Of a DNA stretch of 64,000 nucleotides, positions 12,898 through 22,259 are shown piece by piece. Position 1 is the stretch's first letter. Each line of letters starts with the position of its first letter. The notes beneath the pieces were generated by a model. The model was not told where the DNA came from. It was given only the letters and a program-made list of their open reading frames with translations, and did not search any database. Made by a program: the position numbers and the translations under genes. This DNA comes from Candidatus Multivoradales bacterium (GTDB taxonomy: Bacteria > Acidobacteriota > Thermoanaerobaculia > Multivoradales > J023): positions 320,001 to 384,000 of the forward strand of contig CBDFLE010000005.1 of the NCBI GenBank assembly GCA_965248925.1. Direction: 5' to 3'.

Positions 12898-13683
12898 TCA
12901 AGGCCTATCGGTACTTGGAGCGTTTTCCACAATGGCAATTTGTCTAGCCAGATGGTTCTCTAACTGCCCTCTCAGCTCAGCCAAGTGAGCGCTCTGTCCG
13001 GCCAGTCCATCGCTGATTCGGTCGACGATAGAACTCAGCTCTCGAGCTTGCTGATCGAGTTCGATCGGTTCTTCGACCGCTGCATCGAGACCGCCGCGGC
13101 GCCAGGCCCAGGGCCGTAGCAGCTTGGCTAACTGCCGGGCGGCCTGGAGCATCACCCGCCAGCTGCCGTGCAGACTTTGCCGGACTAGCTTCTCAACAGG
13201 TTGGGTATTCGCATCGGCGAGAGCCTCGTCCAGAGCTGCCCGCAACGCCAGTGGGCCGGGTTTGACCGCGGCTCCCCGCGCCAGCCCATGCCGCAGCAGG
13301 TAGGCGTCGTAGAAGGTACAGGCAACGGTCTCGACGCAATCTTTGACCATGAAGACGATCACCAGCTTGCGGATCAGCCGCTTGAGCACCTTGAACACAC
13401 CGCCGAGCAGCAGCCGGCGGAGGCAGCCCTGATGGGCCGACCGCAGGGTGCCGCTGAGCAGAGCGATCTCCATCGCGTGCAATGCGAATCCCGCCTTGGC
13501 GGCCAGATCTCGGGCCAGCCGGCGGCGTAAAACGTCGCGCACGAAATCGTCGAGTAGGGGCAGTGGAATCAGTGGGCAAAGCCCAGTCAAAAGGCTGTAG
13601 AAGACGATCCGCCGAGGAATTTTTCTAGGCTCGTAAGGGCCGTCGGAGTCGTAGCGCGCCAGGGGGTGCGGCGAGTCCGTCAT
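12898..13683 (-). CDS. Hypothetical membrane-associated protein
   Basis: Start MTDSPHP overlaps the UvrD stop (TGATG); hydrophobic GLCPLIPLPLLDD segment. Confidence 0.65.
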   Translation of the reverse strand: MTDSPHPLARYDSDGPYEPRKIPRRIVFYSLLTGLCPLIPLPLLDDFVRDVLRRRLARDLAAKAGFALHAMEIALLSGTLRSAHQGCLRRLLLGGVFKVLKRLIRKLVIVFMVKDCVETVACTFYDAYLLRHGLARGAAVKPGPLALRAALDEALADANTQPVEKLVRQSLHGSWRVMLQAARQLAKLLRPWAWRRGGLDAAVEEPIELDQQARELSSIVDRISDGLAGQSAHLAELRGQLENHLARQIAIVENAPSTDRP

Positions 13684-15725
13684 CAGCTCTCTCCAAAATA
13701 GCTTTGAATGCGGCGCATCCGCTCCTCGTCTTTGCCGTCCAGGCTTCGTTCCGTGGCTTCGCTCAACGTCGGTTCGAAGTCGCCGTGGTGGACCCTCTGC
13801 TCTACCAGCTTGGAGAAATTGGGGATCTCGGTGAGCAGCGAGCTGATTTCGAGCACGTCGCGGTAGGGGCCCCGGCCGCTGGCCTCTTCGGGCTTGAGCA
13901 GGTACAGCCGCTGTTTCGCTCGGGTTACTGCAACGTAGAGCAAACGGCGTTCTTCCTCGTAGCTGTCGCTGTCGGCCAGGGCCGCACGCGAGGGGAAATG
14001 ACCGTTGCTGAGGTGCACCACGAACACCGCCCGCCATTCCAGGCCCTTGGCCGAGTGTACGGTCGATAGGGTCAACCACTCATCTTCTGCCTGCCGCTCG
14101 GCGCGTAGGCGGCCAAAATCGGGCGGGTCGATCGCCAGGTCGGCCAGGAAAGCGTCAAGCTCGCGGTAGCGCTCAGCAATGACCTGTAGGGCCTCCAGGT
14201 CCTGTAGCCGGCGGTTGACGTCGTCGTATTTCTTGGGCATCCAGCGGCGGTAGGCGAGAATGGCGCTGGCCAGCCGTTCGGCCAAGGGCTGGCGCTCGGC
14301 GGCCAGCTGGCCCAAGACTCGTTGCAGCTCGGCGAGTTCCAGCGCAAAACGCTTCTTTGCCAGAAGGGCAGCGGTCAAGACCGCGAGATCGCCGCCGCTG
14401 TCGATCACCTGCCGGCTGATGCTTTCCGCGGTGGCTGGGCCGATCCCTTCGAGCAGCTGCAAGATTCGAAACCACGCGGGTCCGTCGAGAGGGTTGGCGG
14501 CCAACCGCAGCAAGGCCGTCACATCTTTGATGTGGGCGGTCTCGACCAGCTTGAGGCCACCGAATTTGCGGAAAGGGATGTTGCGCTTGCCGAGTTCCAA
14601 CTCCAGACCGTTGGTGTGCCAGGCGGCGCGGCAGAGCACCGCCATTTCGCCCAGCGCGACTCCTTGCTCACGCAGTTCGAGCACCTGATCACAGATGAAA
14701 TCCGCTTCTGCACGGTCGTCGGCGGTGCGCACGAAGGCGGGTAAGGTCTCACCCTCGAGTTCACTCCACAGCTGCTTGCCAAAGTGCTCGCGGGCCGGGC
14801 CGAGCACCGCGTTGCCGAGATCGAGAATTGGCTGCGTACTGCGGTAATTCTGCTCCAGCAGGAAAGTCTTGCAGTCTTTGAAGAGGGTTGGAAAGTCGAC
14901 GATGTTGCGGAAATCGGCACCGCGGAAGGAGTAGATCGACTGCGCTTCGTCGCCCACCACCATGAGATTTCCGTGGGCAGAGGCCAGCAAGGCGGCGAGG
15001 TGTGCTTGCAAGCGGTTGGTGTCTTGGAACTCGTCGACCATCACGTAGTGGTAGCTGGCGCCGAGGCGGCGGCGCACCGCGTCGTGCTCCACCAGCAAGC
15101 GGCGCAGCTCCACCAACAGGTCGTCGTAGTCCATCACCGAGAGTTCCCGCTTACGCTGGCTGTAGCGCCCGGCGAGTTCAGCGATATCGTCCAGGTCGTC
15201 GAGAAATTGCGGGTAGTCCGCGGCCACCAGCTCGGCCAAGGGGCGTTGGGTGTTGACCCGCTTGGAGGCCAGGTCGATCAGCGTGTCCTTGCGTGGAAAC
15301 CGCCGGCCGCGCTGGGCGAAGCCAGAGGCGCTGCGCAGCATGCCCATCAGGTCGGCGGCGTCGCCTCGGTCGAGGATGGTAAAGCCGTCGGCGTAGCCCA
15401 GCAGCGGAGCGTGGCGCCGCAGGACCGTATTGGCGAAAGAGTGAAAGGTGCCGCCAGCGACTCGCTGGCAACGCTCATCGAGCAAGCCGGCGGCGCGGCG
15501 TAACATCTCTTGCGCCGACCGCCGAGTGAAGGTCAGCAGTAGAATGTGCTCGGGCGCCAGGCCGCACTCGACCAATCTCGCCAGCCGCCAGACCAGGGTC
15601 CGAGTCTTGCCGGTGCCAGCGCCGGCAACCACCAGAAAGGAGCCGTCGCGGGCCTCCACGGCAGCTCGCTGGGCCGCATTGAGCTGGCCTGCCAAGTCGA
15701 GAGCTGGAGCCTCGGAACGTTGCAT
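13683..15725 (-). CDS. UvrD/Rep/PcrA family ATP-dependent helicase
   Basis: AGAGTGKT, VDEFQDTN, VGDEAQSIYSFRGA, LEQNYRS, STVHSAKGLEW, EERRLLYVAVTRAK. Confidence 0.96.
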   Translation of the reverse strand: MQRSEAPALDLAGQLNAAQRAAVEARDGSFLVVAGAGTGKTRTLVWRLARLVECGLAPEHILLLTFTRRSAQEMLRRAAGLLDERCQRVAGGTFHSFANTVLRRHAPLLGYADGFTILDRGDAADLMGMLRSASGFAQRGRRFPRKDTLIDLASKRVNTQRPLAELVAADYPQFLDDLDDIAELAGRYSQRKRELSVMDYDDLLVELRRLLVEHDAVRRRLGASYHYVMVDEFQDTNRLQAHLAALLASAHGNLMVVGDEAQSIYSFRGADFRNIVDFPTLFKDCKTFLLEQNYRSTQPILDLGNAVLGPAREHFGKQLWSELEGETLPAFVRTADDRAEADFICDQVLELREQGVALGEMAVLCRAAWHTNGLELELGKRNIPFRKFGGLKLVETAHIKDVTALLRLAANPLDGPAWFRILQLLEGIGPATAESISRQVIDSGGDLAVLTAALLAKKRFALELAELQRVLGQLAAERQPLAERLASAILAYRRWMPKKYDDVNRRLQDLEALQVIAERYRELDAFLADLAIDPPDFGRLRAERQAEDEWLTLSTVHSAKGLEWRAVFVVHLSNGHFPSRAALADSDSYEEERRLLYVAVTRAKQRLYLLKPEEASGRGPYRDVLEISSLLTEIPNFSKLVEQRVHHGDFEPTLSEATERSLDGKDEERMRRIQSYFGES

Positions 15726-15813
15726 CGCGAAGCGACTCTAACCTGTCTCTTCGCTCGCTAGGAGAAATCTCACTCACGGCCTGCTAAGGTCGCCGAAAAT
15801 TTGAGGAGAGAGC

Positions 15814-16611
15814 ATGTTTGCAGAGCCGATGAAGAATCACCAGATCGCTATTCTTTCGACCGTCTTAATCGCGGTTCTCGGCCCTGGGGCGCCGTTGGCC
15901 GGTCAGACCGAGGAAGCCCCGCCGACCCAGCACCAAGCCGAGCAGCACGGCCACGCTGGGCATCAGCAAGCGGCTCAGGGCCAGCACGCCGCAAGCGCTC
16001 CCCACGCCGCGGGTGCCGCTCACTCAGGGAGCGGGTTGCACCATGATTTCAGCGATGTGGAACGGTGGCAGGCCCGCTTCGACGATCCAGCTCGCGATGA
16101 ATGGCAGCAGCCAAGCCGTGTTGTCGAGCTGTTGCAAATCAGCTCCGGTATGACGGTGGTAGATCTCGGCGCGGGTACTGGCTACTTCATGCCCTATCTG
16201 AGTGCGGCGGTAGGCAAAGAAGGGCAGGTCTTGGCCCTCGATGTCGAGCCGACGATGGTTGAGCATTTGCAAGGCCGCGCCGCTGAAGCCGGTTTCGAGA
16301 ACGTCGAGGCCCGGCATATTCCGTTCGATGATACTCAGCTTACAGCCGGTTCCTCGGACCGGATCTTGATCGTCGACACCTGGCACCACATCGACGCCCG
16401 CTCAGCCTACAGCGCCGGTCTGGCGAAAGCGCTGAGCGCCGACGGCCGGGTTTACATCGTCGATTTCACCCGCGATAGCCCCGAGGGGCCGCCGGTCGAG
16501 CATCGGTTGACACCTGAGCAGGTGATGCGTGAGCTTCAAGATGGGGGGCTGCGCGCCGTGCTGGTGCAAGAGGACCTCCCCTGGCAGTTCGTCGTCATGG
16601 CCCAGCATTAG
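15814..16611 (+). CDS. Class I SAM-dependent methyltransferase with signal-like N-terminus and His-rich linker
   Basis: VVDLGAGTGYF, ALDVEP, DTWHHI; GAGGAG RBS. Confidence 0.88.
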   Translation: MFAEPMKNHQIAILSTVLIAVLGPGAPLAGQTEEAPPTQHQAEQHGHAGHQQAAQGQHAASAPHAAGAAHSGSGLHHDFSDVERWQARFDDPARDEWQQPSRVVELLQISSGMTVVDLGAGTGYFMPYLSAAVGKEGQVLALDVEPTMVEHLQGRAAEAGFENVEARHIPFDDTQLTAGSSDRILIVDTWHHIDARSAYSAGLAKALSADGRVYIVDFTRDSPEGPPVEHRLTPEQVMRELQDGGLRAVLVQEDLPWQFVVMAQH

Positions 16612-17045
16612 GGAGGACGGTTGGCGTCGACTTTCGACGCGACTCCTGCGTCAGGCTTATCCCACCGCAGAGTCTCCTGCTACGGAGTCCGTGGACTAGG
16701 TAGCCAGGGAGGCTTCCGTTGTCGATTCTGTCCGCGAGGATGATCGCCGAGGGCACAAGATACCCTTAGCAGCCCACCGTCTATGCCCGCCTTGGCGCGG
16801 TTCCCTCAGAGTCGTTTCCTCAGTCGGCGAAGAGACCGCGGTTGGAAGGTCGTATGCCACTGGGAGACGGCGAGATTTCGCGCCTCCGAAGATCCTTAGA
16901 TCTGAGGAGCCAACGAGAATTCGTCGAGCAGTTTATAAGCGACTTCCTAGGTCGCTTGGCGTCCGCCGCTTGCATTTTTGTACGATACGCTGGCGAGCGT
17001 CAGGTTCATTTTGCGACTAGAGTCGCAGTTCAGTGAGGTGGGTAA

Positions 17046-17590
17046 GTGATTCAAAAAATACACGAATCTAAGCAACAAAAACTACGCGAAGGCATTGGTG
17101 GAGGCGGCAGGTGGTTTGTTCCTCTAGCACCCGTTTCCATTCAAGTCATAGATGAAGAGAGAGAGCAGATTGCACACGCTGTTGAAGGCATGTCGCAAAC
17201 CTATCGGAGCCTGAAGGCACCGGAGTTTAGCTTACGCTTGCCCTAGTTGGCGGGGCAACACCTGCCGGCTCGCCTGTACCAACAACTGGCGATTTTTCGC
17301 AGCGCCTTTGGACGCGACAACTTTGGTGCGCTCATTCTCAAGAGTCTCGTTGACGTCGACCAAGTGAGTCTGGGTCCGACGCCAACACGATGGCAAGAAG
17401 TTGGTGCCGAGAGGACAACTGTATTCGACTGGACCGCAGCGTCTTTTCACTGCGCCTTGGGTGGGACATCGGTGAAGTTTCTATACCAACGCAAAGGGGG
17501 AATTTCCCACTCTCTGATTCCGGATTCGGCGATGAAAAAGACCCAAACCGGGGCGGGCGAAGTGAAGTTGGGATTGCACACGGAAGATCC
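17046..17590 (+). pseudogene. Remnant of a clavaminate synthase/AsnO/VioC-like Fe(II)/2-oxoglutarate oxygenase
   Basis: ORFs 17046-17246 and 17247- are in frame across a TAG; together they read ...GALILKSL..LGPTPTRW...YQRKGG..HSLIP...TQTG...LGLHTED (HxE iron ligand), then similarity stops. Confidence 0.6.
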
Positions 17591-17628
17591 AAACCAGCGT
17601 TTGCGCCGAGCAAGCAAGCGGCAAACTC

Positions 17629-18690
17629 TTAGTCTTGAGCGTCCTGCTGTTCGGGGTTGGTGGTCGCCCCTGCAAACTGTCGCGATCCTCCCTGCTCCGC
17701 GGTTGATGATCGCAGTCCCCGCTCGAGGTCATGCCACAAGTCGCCCGGATCTTCCAGACCGACCGCCAGGCGCAGCAGGCCACCATCGATGCCAGCGCTG
17801 GCGCGAGCCCCTGGATCCACGAGTCGGTGGGTCAGCGCCGCGGGATGTTGAATCAGGGTGTCGGTGGAGCCGAGGCTGACCGCTGGGGTGATCCAGCGGA
17901 GTGCCGCCACCAGGCGCTCAGCTGCCTGCATGCCGCCATCAATAGTGAATCCAAGGATGGCGCCAGGGCCGCGCATCTGGCGCCCTAGGAGGCTCTGCCT
18001 GTCGCCACCAGAAAGCCCCGGATAGAGCACCCGCACGACAGCCGGGTGTGCGGCCAGGCGAGTAGCCAGGTAGCGGGCGCTTTCTTGGGCGCGACGGACT
18101 CGCAGGGGCAGGGTGGCGAAGGTGTTGTCGATCAGCACCGGCACGTCGCCGGCAGCTGCTACCAGCGCTTCGATGTCGAGCAGATCGAGGGTCGGATTGG
18201 CTGGCGTCTCAGCGATCACTAACGAGGTCGAGGAAGTCACCGCCCCTACCACCTGCTCGGCGGTGACAAATCGAACATCCAAGTCCAGGAGGCCGCTGGC
18301 CAGCAGATGATCGCTGGTGCCATAGAGCGGACGTACCGCCAGGATTTGTTCCCCCCGCTGCTTGGCGACCAACAGGCAGGCGGTCAGCGCCGCCATGCCG
18401 GAGGCGAATGCCACCGCTTCGCCGGCGCCTTCGAGTTGGGCCAAGCCGCTTTCAAAGCGAGCCACTGTCGGATTGTGCAGCCGTGAGTACACCGGATTGC
18501 CCAGCACGGGACCGCCGGTGCACAGAGATTCCAGGCTTTCGCCAGCTGTACCCAGTTCTCCCAGCGGGTAAGTGGTGGAGAAGTCCAGCGGCGGGGCGTG
18601 GACACCGAGAGCAGCGAAATCCTCGCGGCCGGCGTGCACGGCGAGAGTGTCCAGGCAGGGGAAGTGGCGGTTATTTGATTCTGTGTCCAT
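17629..18690 (-). pseudogene. Cys/Met-metabolism PLP lyase (methionine gamma-lyase/cystathionine gamma-synthase-like) with an in-frame internal deletion
   Basis: YSRLHNPT, FASGMAA, ETPANPT, DNTFAT, AVSLG, LLRLAVGLED are present, but DNTFAT joins LPLRV directly, so the S(A/T)TK PLP-lysine region is missing. Confidence 0.8.
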
Positions 18691-18763
18691 GCAAATATCT
18701 TAGGAAATCTACGATAGGCGGGAATATAATCCGCAGAATATTCGTCCAGGAGGCCAAAATTCA

Positions 18764-19234
18764 ATGCTTGACCGAATTGACCGTGCCATCATCGAAGCCC
18801 TGGTGAAGAATGCTCGCTTGCCCAACAAAGTGCTTGCCGCGCGGGTGGGGGTGGCGCAGTCGACTTGCTTGGAGAGGGTTCGGCGGCTGCACCAGCGCGG
18901 CATCTTGGTGGGCTACCACGCCGAGGTCGACAAACGCTCCCTGGGGATCAGTCTGGAGGCGATGGTGGCGATTCGTCTGGCGTGGCACTCGCGGGAGCTG
19001 GTCGACTCGTTTCGCCGCCATGCGCTGGGTCTGGCCGAGGTCTTGGGTTGTTACCACATGGCCGGGGCCAACGACTTTCTGCTCCATGTAGCGGTGCGTG
19101 ATGCCGAGCATCTGCGCGACCTCACTTTGTCGTCGTTCACCACCCGTCCCGAGGTCGATCACATCGAGACCGCTTTGATTTTCGAACACGCGACGAAGGC
19201 GAGGCTGCCGATCTACCTCGAAGAGGAGGTCTGA
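18764..19234 (+). CDS. Lrp/AsnC family transcriptional regulator, divergent from the PLP lyase
   Basis: LDRIDRAIIEALVKNAR..NK.LA..VGVAQSTCLERVRRL..GI..GY; C-terminal ACT-like domain. Confidence 0.95.
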   Translation: MLDRIDRAIIEALVKNARLPNKVLAARVGVAQSTCLERVRRLHQRGILVGYHAEVDKRSLGISLEAMVAIRLAWHSRELVDSFRRHALGLAEVLGCYHMAGANDFLLHVAVRDAEHLRDLTLSSFTTRPEVDHIETALIFEHATKARLPIYLEEEV

Positions 19235-19284
19235 GGCAGGGCCGTTGGCTGGATCGCAGCTGCCGGCAGCTGATGAGGGAGTCT

Positions 19285-19836
19285 TCTATGAGTCGGACGG
19301 TTCAAATCAAGCAGAATAGTGGACCGACTTGATCAGCCTTGTGCGATTTCTCACCAGCTCGGTGCGAACCCGCAGGCGCGTCCGCAGAAGCTGTGCTGCT
19401 CTACTACGCTGATACACGCTACCCAGCAACACCCCGTCGAAGCGACTCAGCCGGGCCAGGATCTCCGCGTCGATCGTGTCGCTCTTCAGGGTGCTCTCAG
19501 CGATCAAGCGCGCCCGCCGCGGATTCACCACGACGACCTCATGGTCCCAGTTCTTCAAGAGCCGATACAACCGGGGAGTCACACTGCCACACTCCATCAC
19601 TAGCCGAGAGCGCTCCCGCTTGGCGAAGAATCGCCGCAGCGAAGTCTCGGTAATTGCGACTTGCCGGCGCTCCAGTACCCGGCCTCGGGAGGAAAGAACG
19701 CAGATCTCACTGTACTTTGTGTGAACGTCGATGCCAACAGGGTCCATGGTCGGTTTCCTTGCGGGCACCACTGCGCCCTGGGTCTTTCTCCCACGCAGGA
19801 TGTCACTGATGGGAGACCGGCCGACTCATCTCATCT
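19285..19836 (-). mobile_element. IS110-family (IS1111-type) internally deleted element retaining both subterminal inverted repeats
   Basis: 19288-19301 ATGAGTCGGACGGT vs reverse complement of 19816-19829 ATGAGTCGGCCGGT (13/14); outer limits approximate. Confidence 0.7.
19307..19747 (-). pseudogene. IS110 family transposase, N-terminal DEDD domain only
   Basis: VGIDVH, LVMECG, VVVNP, KSDTIDAEILA; C-terminal domain absent. Confidence 0.88.
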
Positions 19837-20986
19837 GGCACCTATTTCCGCCTTGAAGAGCGTGCCAGTTCTCAAAATGGAGTATCGGGTTCCGCCTGGC
19901 CGGTCATCGCCGAAAGCTTTGTTATGGCAATTGGTCGCGTCGTGGGGCCACCTACTCGCAGGCGATTCCGTATATTCCCATTTTGCTAATACTGCGAAAC
20001 TCGCCATACGCCTTCAACTTAAAATAGATCTTCTCCCCAACCCTAATCTGGCCATGATCAGTGGAACCGAGAAGTGCGCCCAGACTGCTCATCACATTCA
20101 GTGTACGGTCATTGCTATCTGAGGCGTAGCCCTCAACGATCTCACACGAGGCACTTCCAACAGGAAACTCGAAGCTTACAACCGAGGACAACTCGCCCGC
20201 TCTCTCACTGGTGAAGAACAAGTCGACCCATTCGGCGGCTCCCGCGCCCACCGAATCAAGGATATAGTCACTGACATGGTAGATATTGGAGCTGTCCGGG
20301 GTCATTGAAAACTTGTTATAAAACAGATTCTCAGAGATGTCGCTTCTCGCGTATGTAGGGCCCGAGTTCTTCTGTAAAGTAAAAGTAATATCTGACGTGT
20401 TTATAGCATTATCCACTTTACTCCGATTTCTGAAACGAAGATGGGCACTTTGGTAGCTACATAAATAGGCACTCCACTCCGGATACTCGGTGCAGCCTAG
20501 TTCCCAGTTTAGCTCGTGGTTCGGCCTGATTTCAGCGTCTGGAACACCGGAAAGACTGCCGTCAAGATCCCTGATGCTCGCAGTGTAGCTATCCGCCCAA
20601 TATTCCGTTCTGGCCTGCGCCCGGCCCATATCAATCTTGAAATACGGCTCGGCGGGGTCAAAGCTGAGTCCCCTCGTAAGGTTTACATAGCGAGCGAGTC
20701 CGCCCATCAGTTTGAATGCCGAGGGTGCGTACTCGATCCCGTCGTGGCTTAGGAGCGATTCAGAGAACCGCGCAAAGTGGACACTCTCCAAGGAAAAGGG
20801 GCCATCATAGAGGAGAACACCGATCAGATCGTCCGACAGACCAAAAGACCCGCCTGCCAAGAAGTCAAGATCTGATTCGGTCAAGCTGCTGCTGATGCCA
20901 ACAACCAGTGAATCTATGACTCTTGAATTGAAGGCAAAGAAGAGCGACGCTGCATTGTCGGCAAAAATACCGTCTCTATACGTACC

Positions 20987-22259
20987 CACTGCTGTCCCGT
21001 TAACTTCCGACGATTACCAGTTGTCTTTCGTCTAGTCCTGGGATCGGCGGCGGCTCTCGTTTCAAGAGGGCCATGAGGTCGCGGCGCTCAAAGAGGTTCA
21101 ATTGAAGGAGGCGCAAGGCCTCCCGTAAACTACTGGAAAGACGGTGCTTGTGCTTGATGAAAGCGAGCAATAGGTAGACGCACATGGCGATCCAAAGCTG
21201 AGTCAGCACGGCGTTGCGGCTGGTGCCGACGAAAGTCTTGATCTTCAGATTCTGCTTGATCCACTTGAAGAAGAGTTCAATTTGCCAACGTTCGTGGTAG
21301 ATATCGGCAATGGTCTGAGGTGACAGGCGGAACAGGTTCGTCAAGAAATAGTAGATCTTGCCGGTCTCAGGGTCGCGATAGCCTACTCTCCGCAGAGGCA
21401 TCGGGCAGTCACGACACGCCTTCACACCGGTCCATTCGATCGTTTGGTCGCTCATCAAACCCTTGGAACGATTGACTCTTCGACGTTCGGTCACGCGGTA
21501 CTTGGCCCCGCGCTTCAGACGGGTCACAAAGAAAAGACCCTTCTCGCTCAGCTGACGAAACCAGCTGTAGCTGTTGTAGCCACGATCACAAGCTACGATG
21601 CTTCCTCGTGGCAGCGTCAGGCTCTTGCAGCCCGCGATGTCACCTGTTTTTCCATCCGAGATCGCAACGAAGGCAGGCAAGTAGCCACCGTGATCCAACC
21701 CCACATGCAGCTTGATCGCTCCCTTGGTCGTACGAAACTTCGCCCACGGGAATATCGACAGACAAAGGTCTATCACCGAGGCGTCAAGCGAGAACAAGCG
21801 GTTCTTGAACCGGAACGTATGCTTGGGCGCCACTGCTTGAGCACGGCCCAGAAGTCTCCCAAATAGCTCTTCAAAAAGGAGATAGGGCTTCTCTTCGTTG
21901 ATCCGTGCCAAGTTGGATCGCGACAGGACTCGGCAGCCGAGATGGTAGAGCTTGTGCCGCTGCGCTCGTAGATTGTCAACGATGTCGCGCAAGCTAGAAC
22001 GCCCGGACAGCTGGGCCATCATCAGAGCCACCAGCTGCGACCAGCGGCTCGCAGTGCGGAACTGGCGACCGGCGTGGTGGCGTTTTGCGAGGGCCTCGAA
22101 TTCATGTCTCGAAATCAGTTGCAGTAGCTGGGCGAAGACGGTGCTATGATGTGCCAAGGCTCAGATCTCCCTTTGATTCAGCCGTTTAGCGATGACTGAT
22201 TCTATCAAGACCAGGGAGGTTTGAGCCTATTTTTCTGCGAAGTTAACGGGACAGCAGTG
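20987..22259 (-). mobile_element. IS4 family insertion sequence (1273 bp)
   Basis: Perfect 21-bp terminal IR CACTGCTGTCCCGTTAACTTC; 9-bp target duplication ATACGTACC at 20978-20986 and 22260-22268. Confidence 0.97.
21000..22157 (-). CDS. IS4 family transposase
   Basis: SLDASVI, ACDRGY, IYHERWQIELFFKWIKQNL (YREK-type motif). Confidence 0.97.
   Translation of the reverse strand: MAHHSTVFAQLLQLISRHEFEALAKRHHAGRQFRTASRWSQLVALMMAQLSGRSSLRDIVDNLRAQRHKLYHLGCRVLSRSNLARINEEKPYLLFEELFGRLLGRAQAVAPKHTFRFKNRLFSLDASVIDLCLSIFPWAKFRTTKGAIKLHVGLDHGGYLPAFVAISDGKTGDIAGCKSLTLPRGSIVACDRGYNSYSWFRQLSEKGLFFVTRLKRGAKYRVTERRRVNRSKGLMSDQTIEWTGVKACRDCPMPLRRVGYRDPETGKIYYFLTNLFRLSPQTIADIYHERWQIELFFKWIKQNLKIKTFVGTSRNAVLTQLWIAMCVYLLLAFIKHKHRLSSSLREALRLLQLNLFERRDLMALLKREPPPIPGLDERQLVIVGS

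Noticed and set aside
17244-17246. In-frame TAG as possible pyrrolysine or readthrough
   Set aside because: The gene is also truncated after HTED, there are no pyl genes in the window, and TAG ends many normal genes here.
17629-19234. Met gamma-lyase/Lrp pair as a methanethiol source for the sHdr island
   Set aside because: About 28 kb away, separated by unrelated genes, and the lyase lacks its catalytic Lys.
19257-19272. Perfect 16-bp palindrome CAGCTGCCGGCAGCTG after the lrp gene
   Set aside because: Single copy, no loop or U-tract; no function can be supported.
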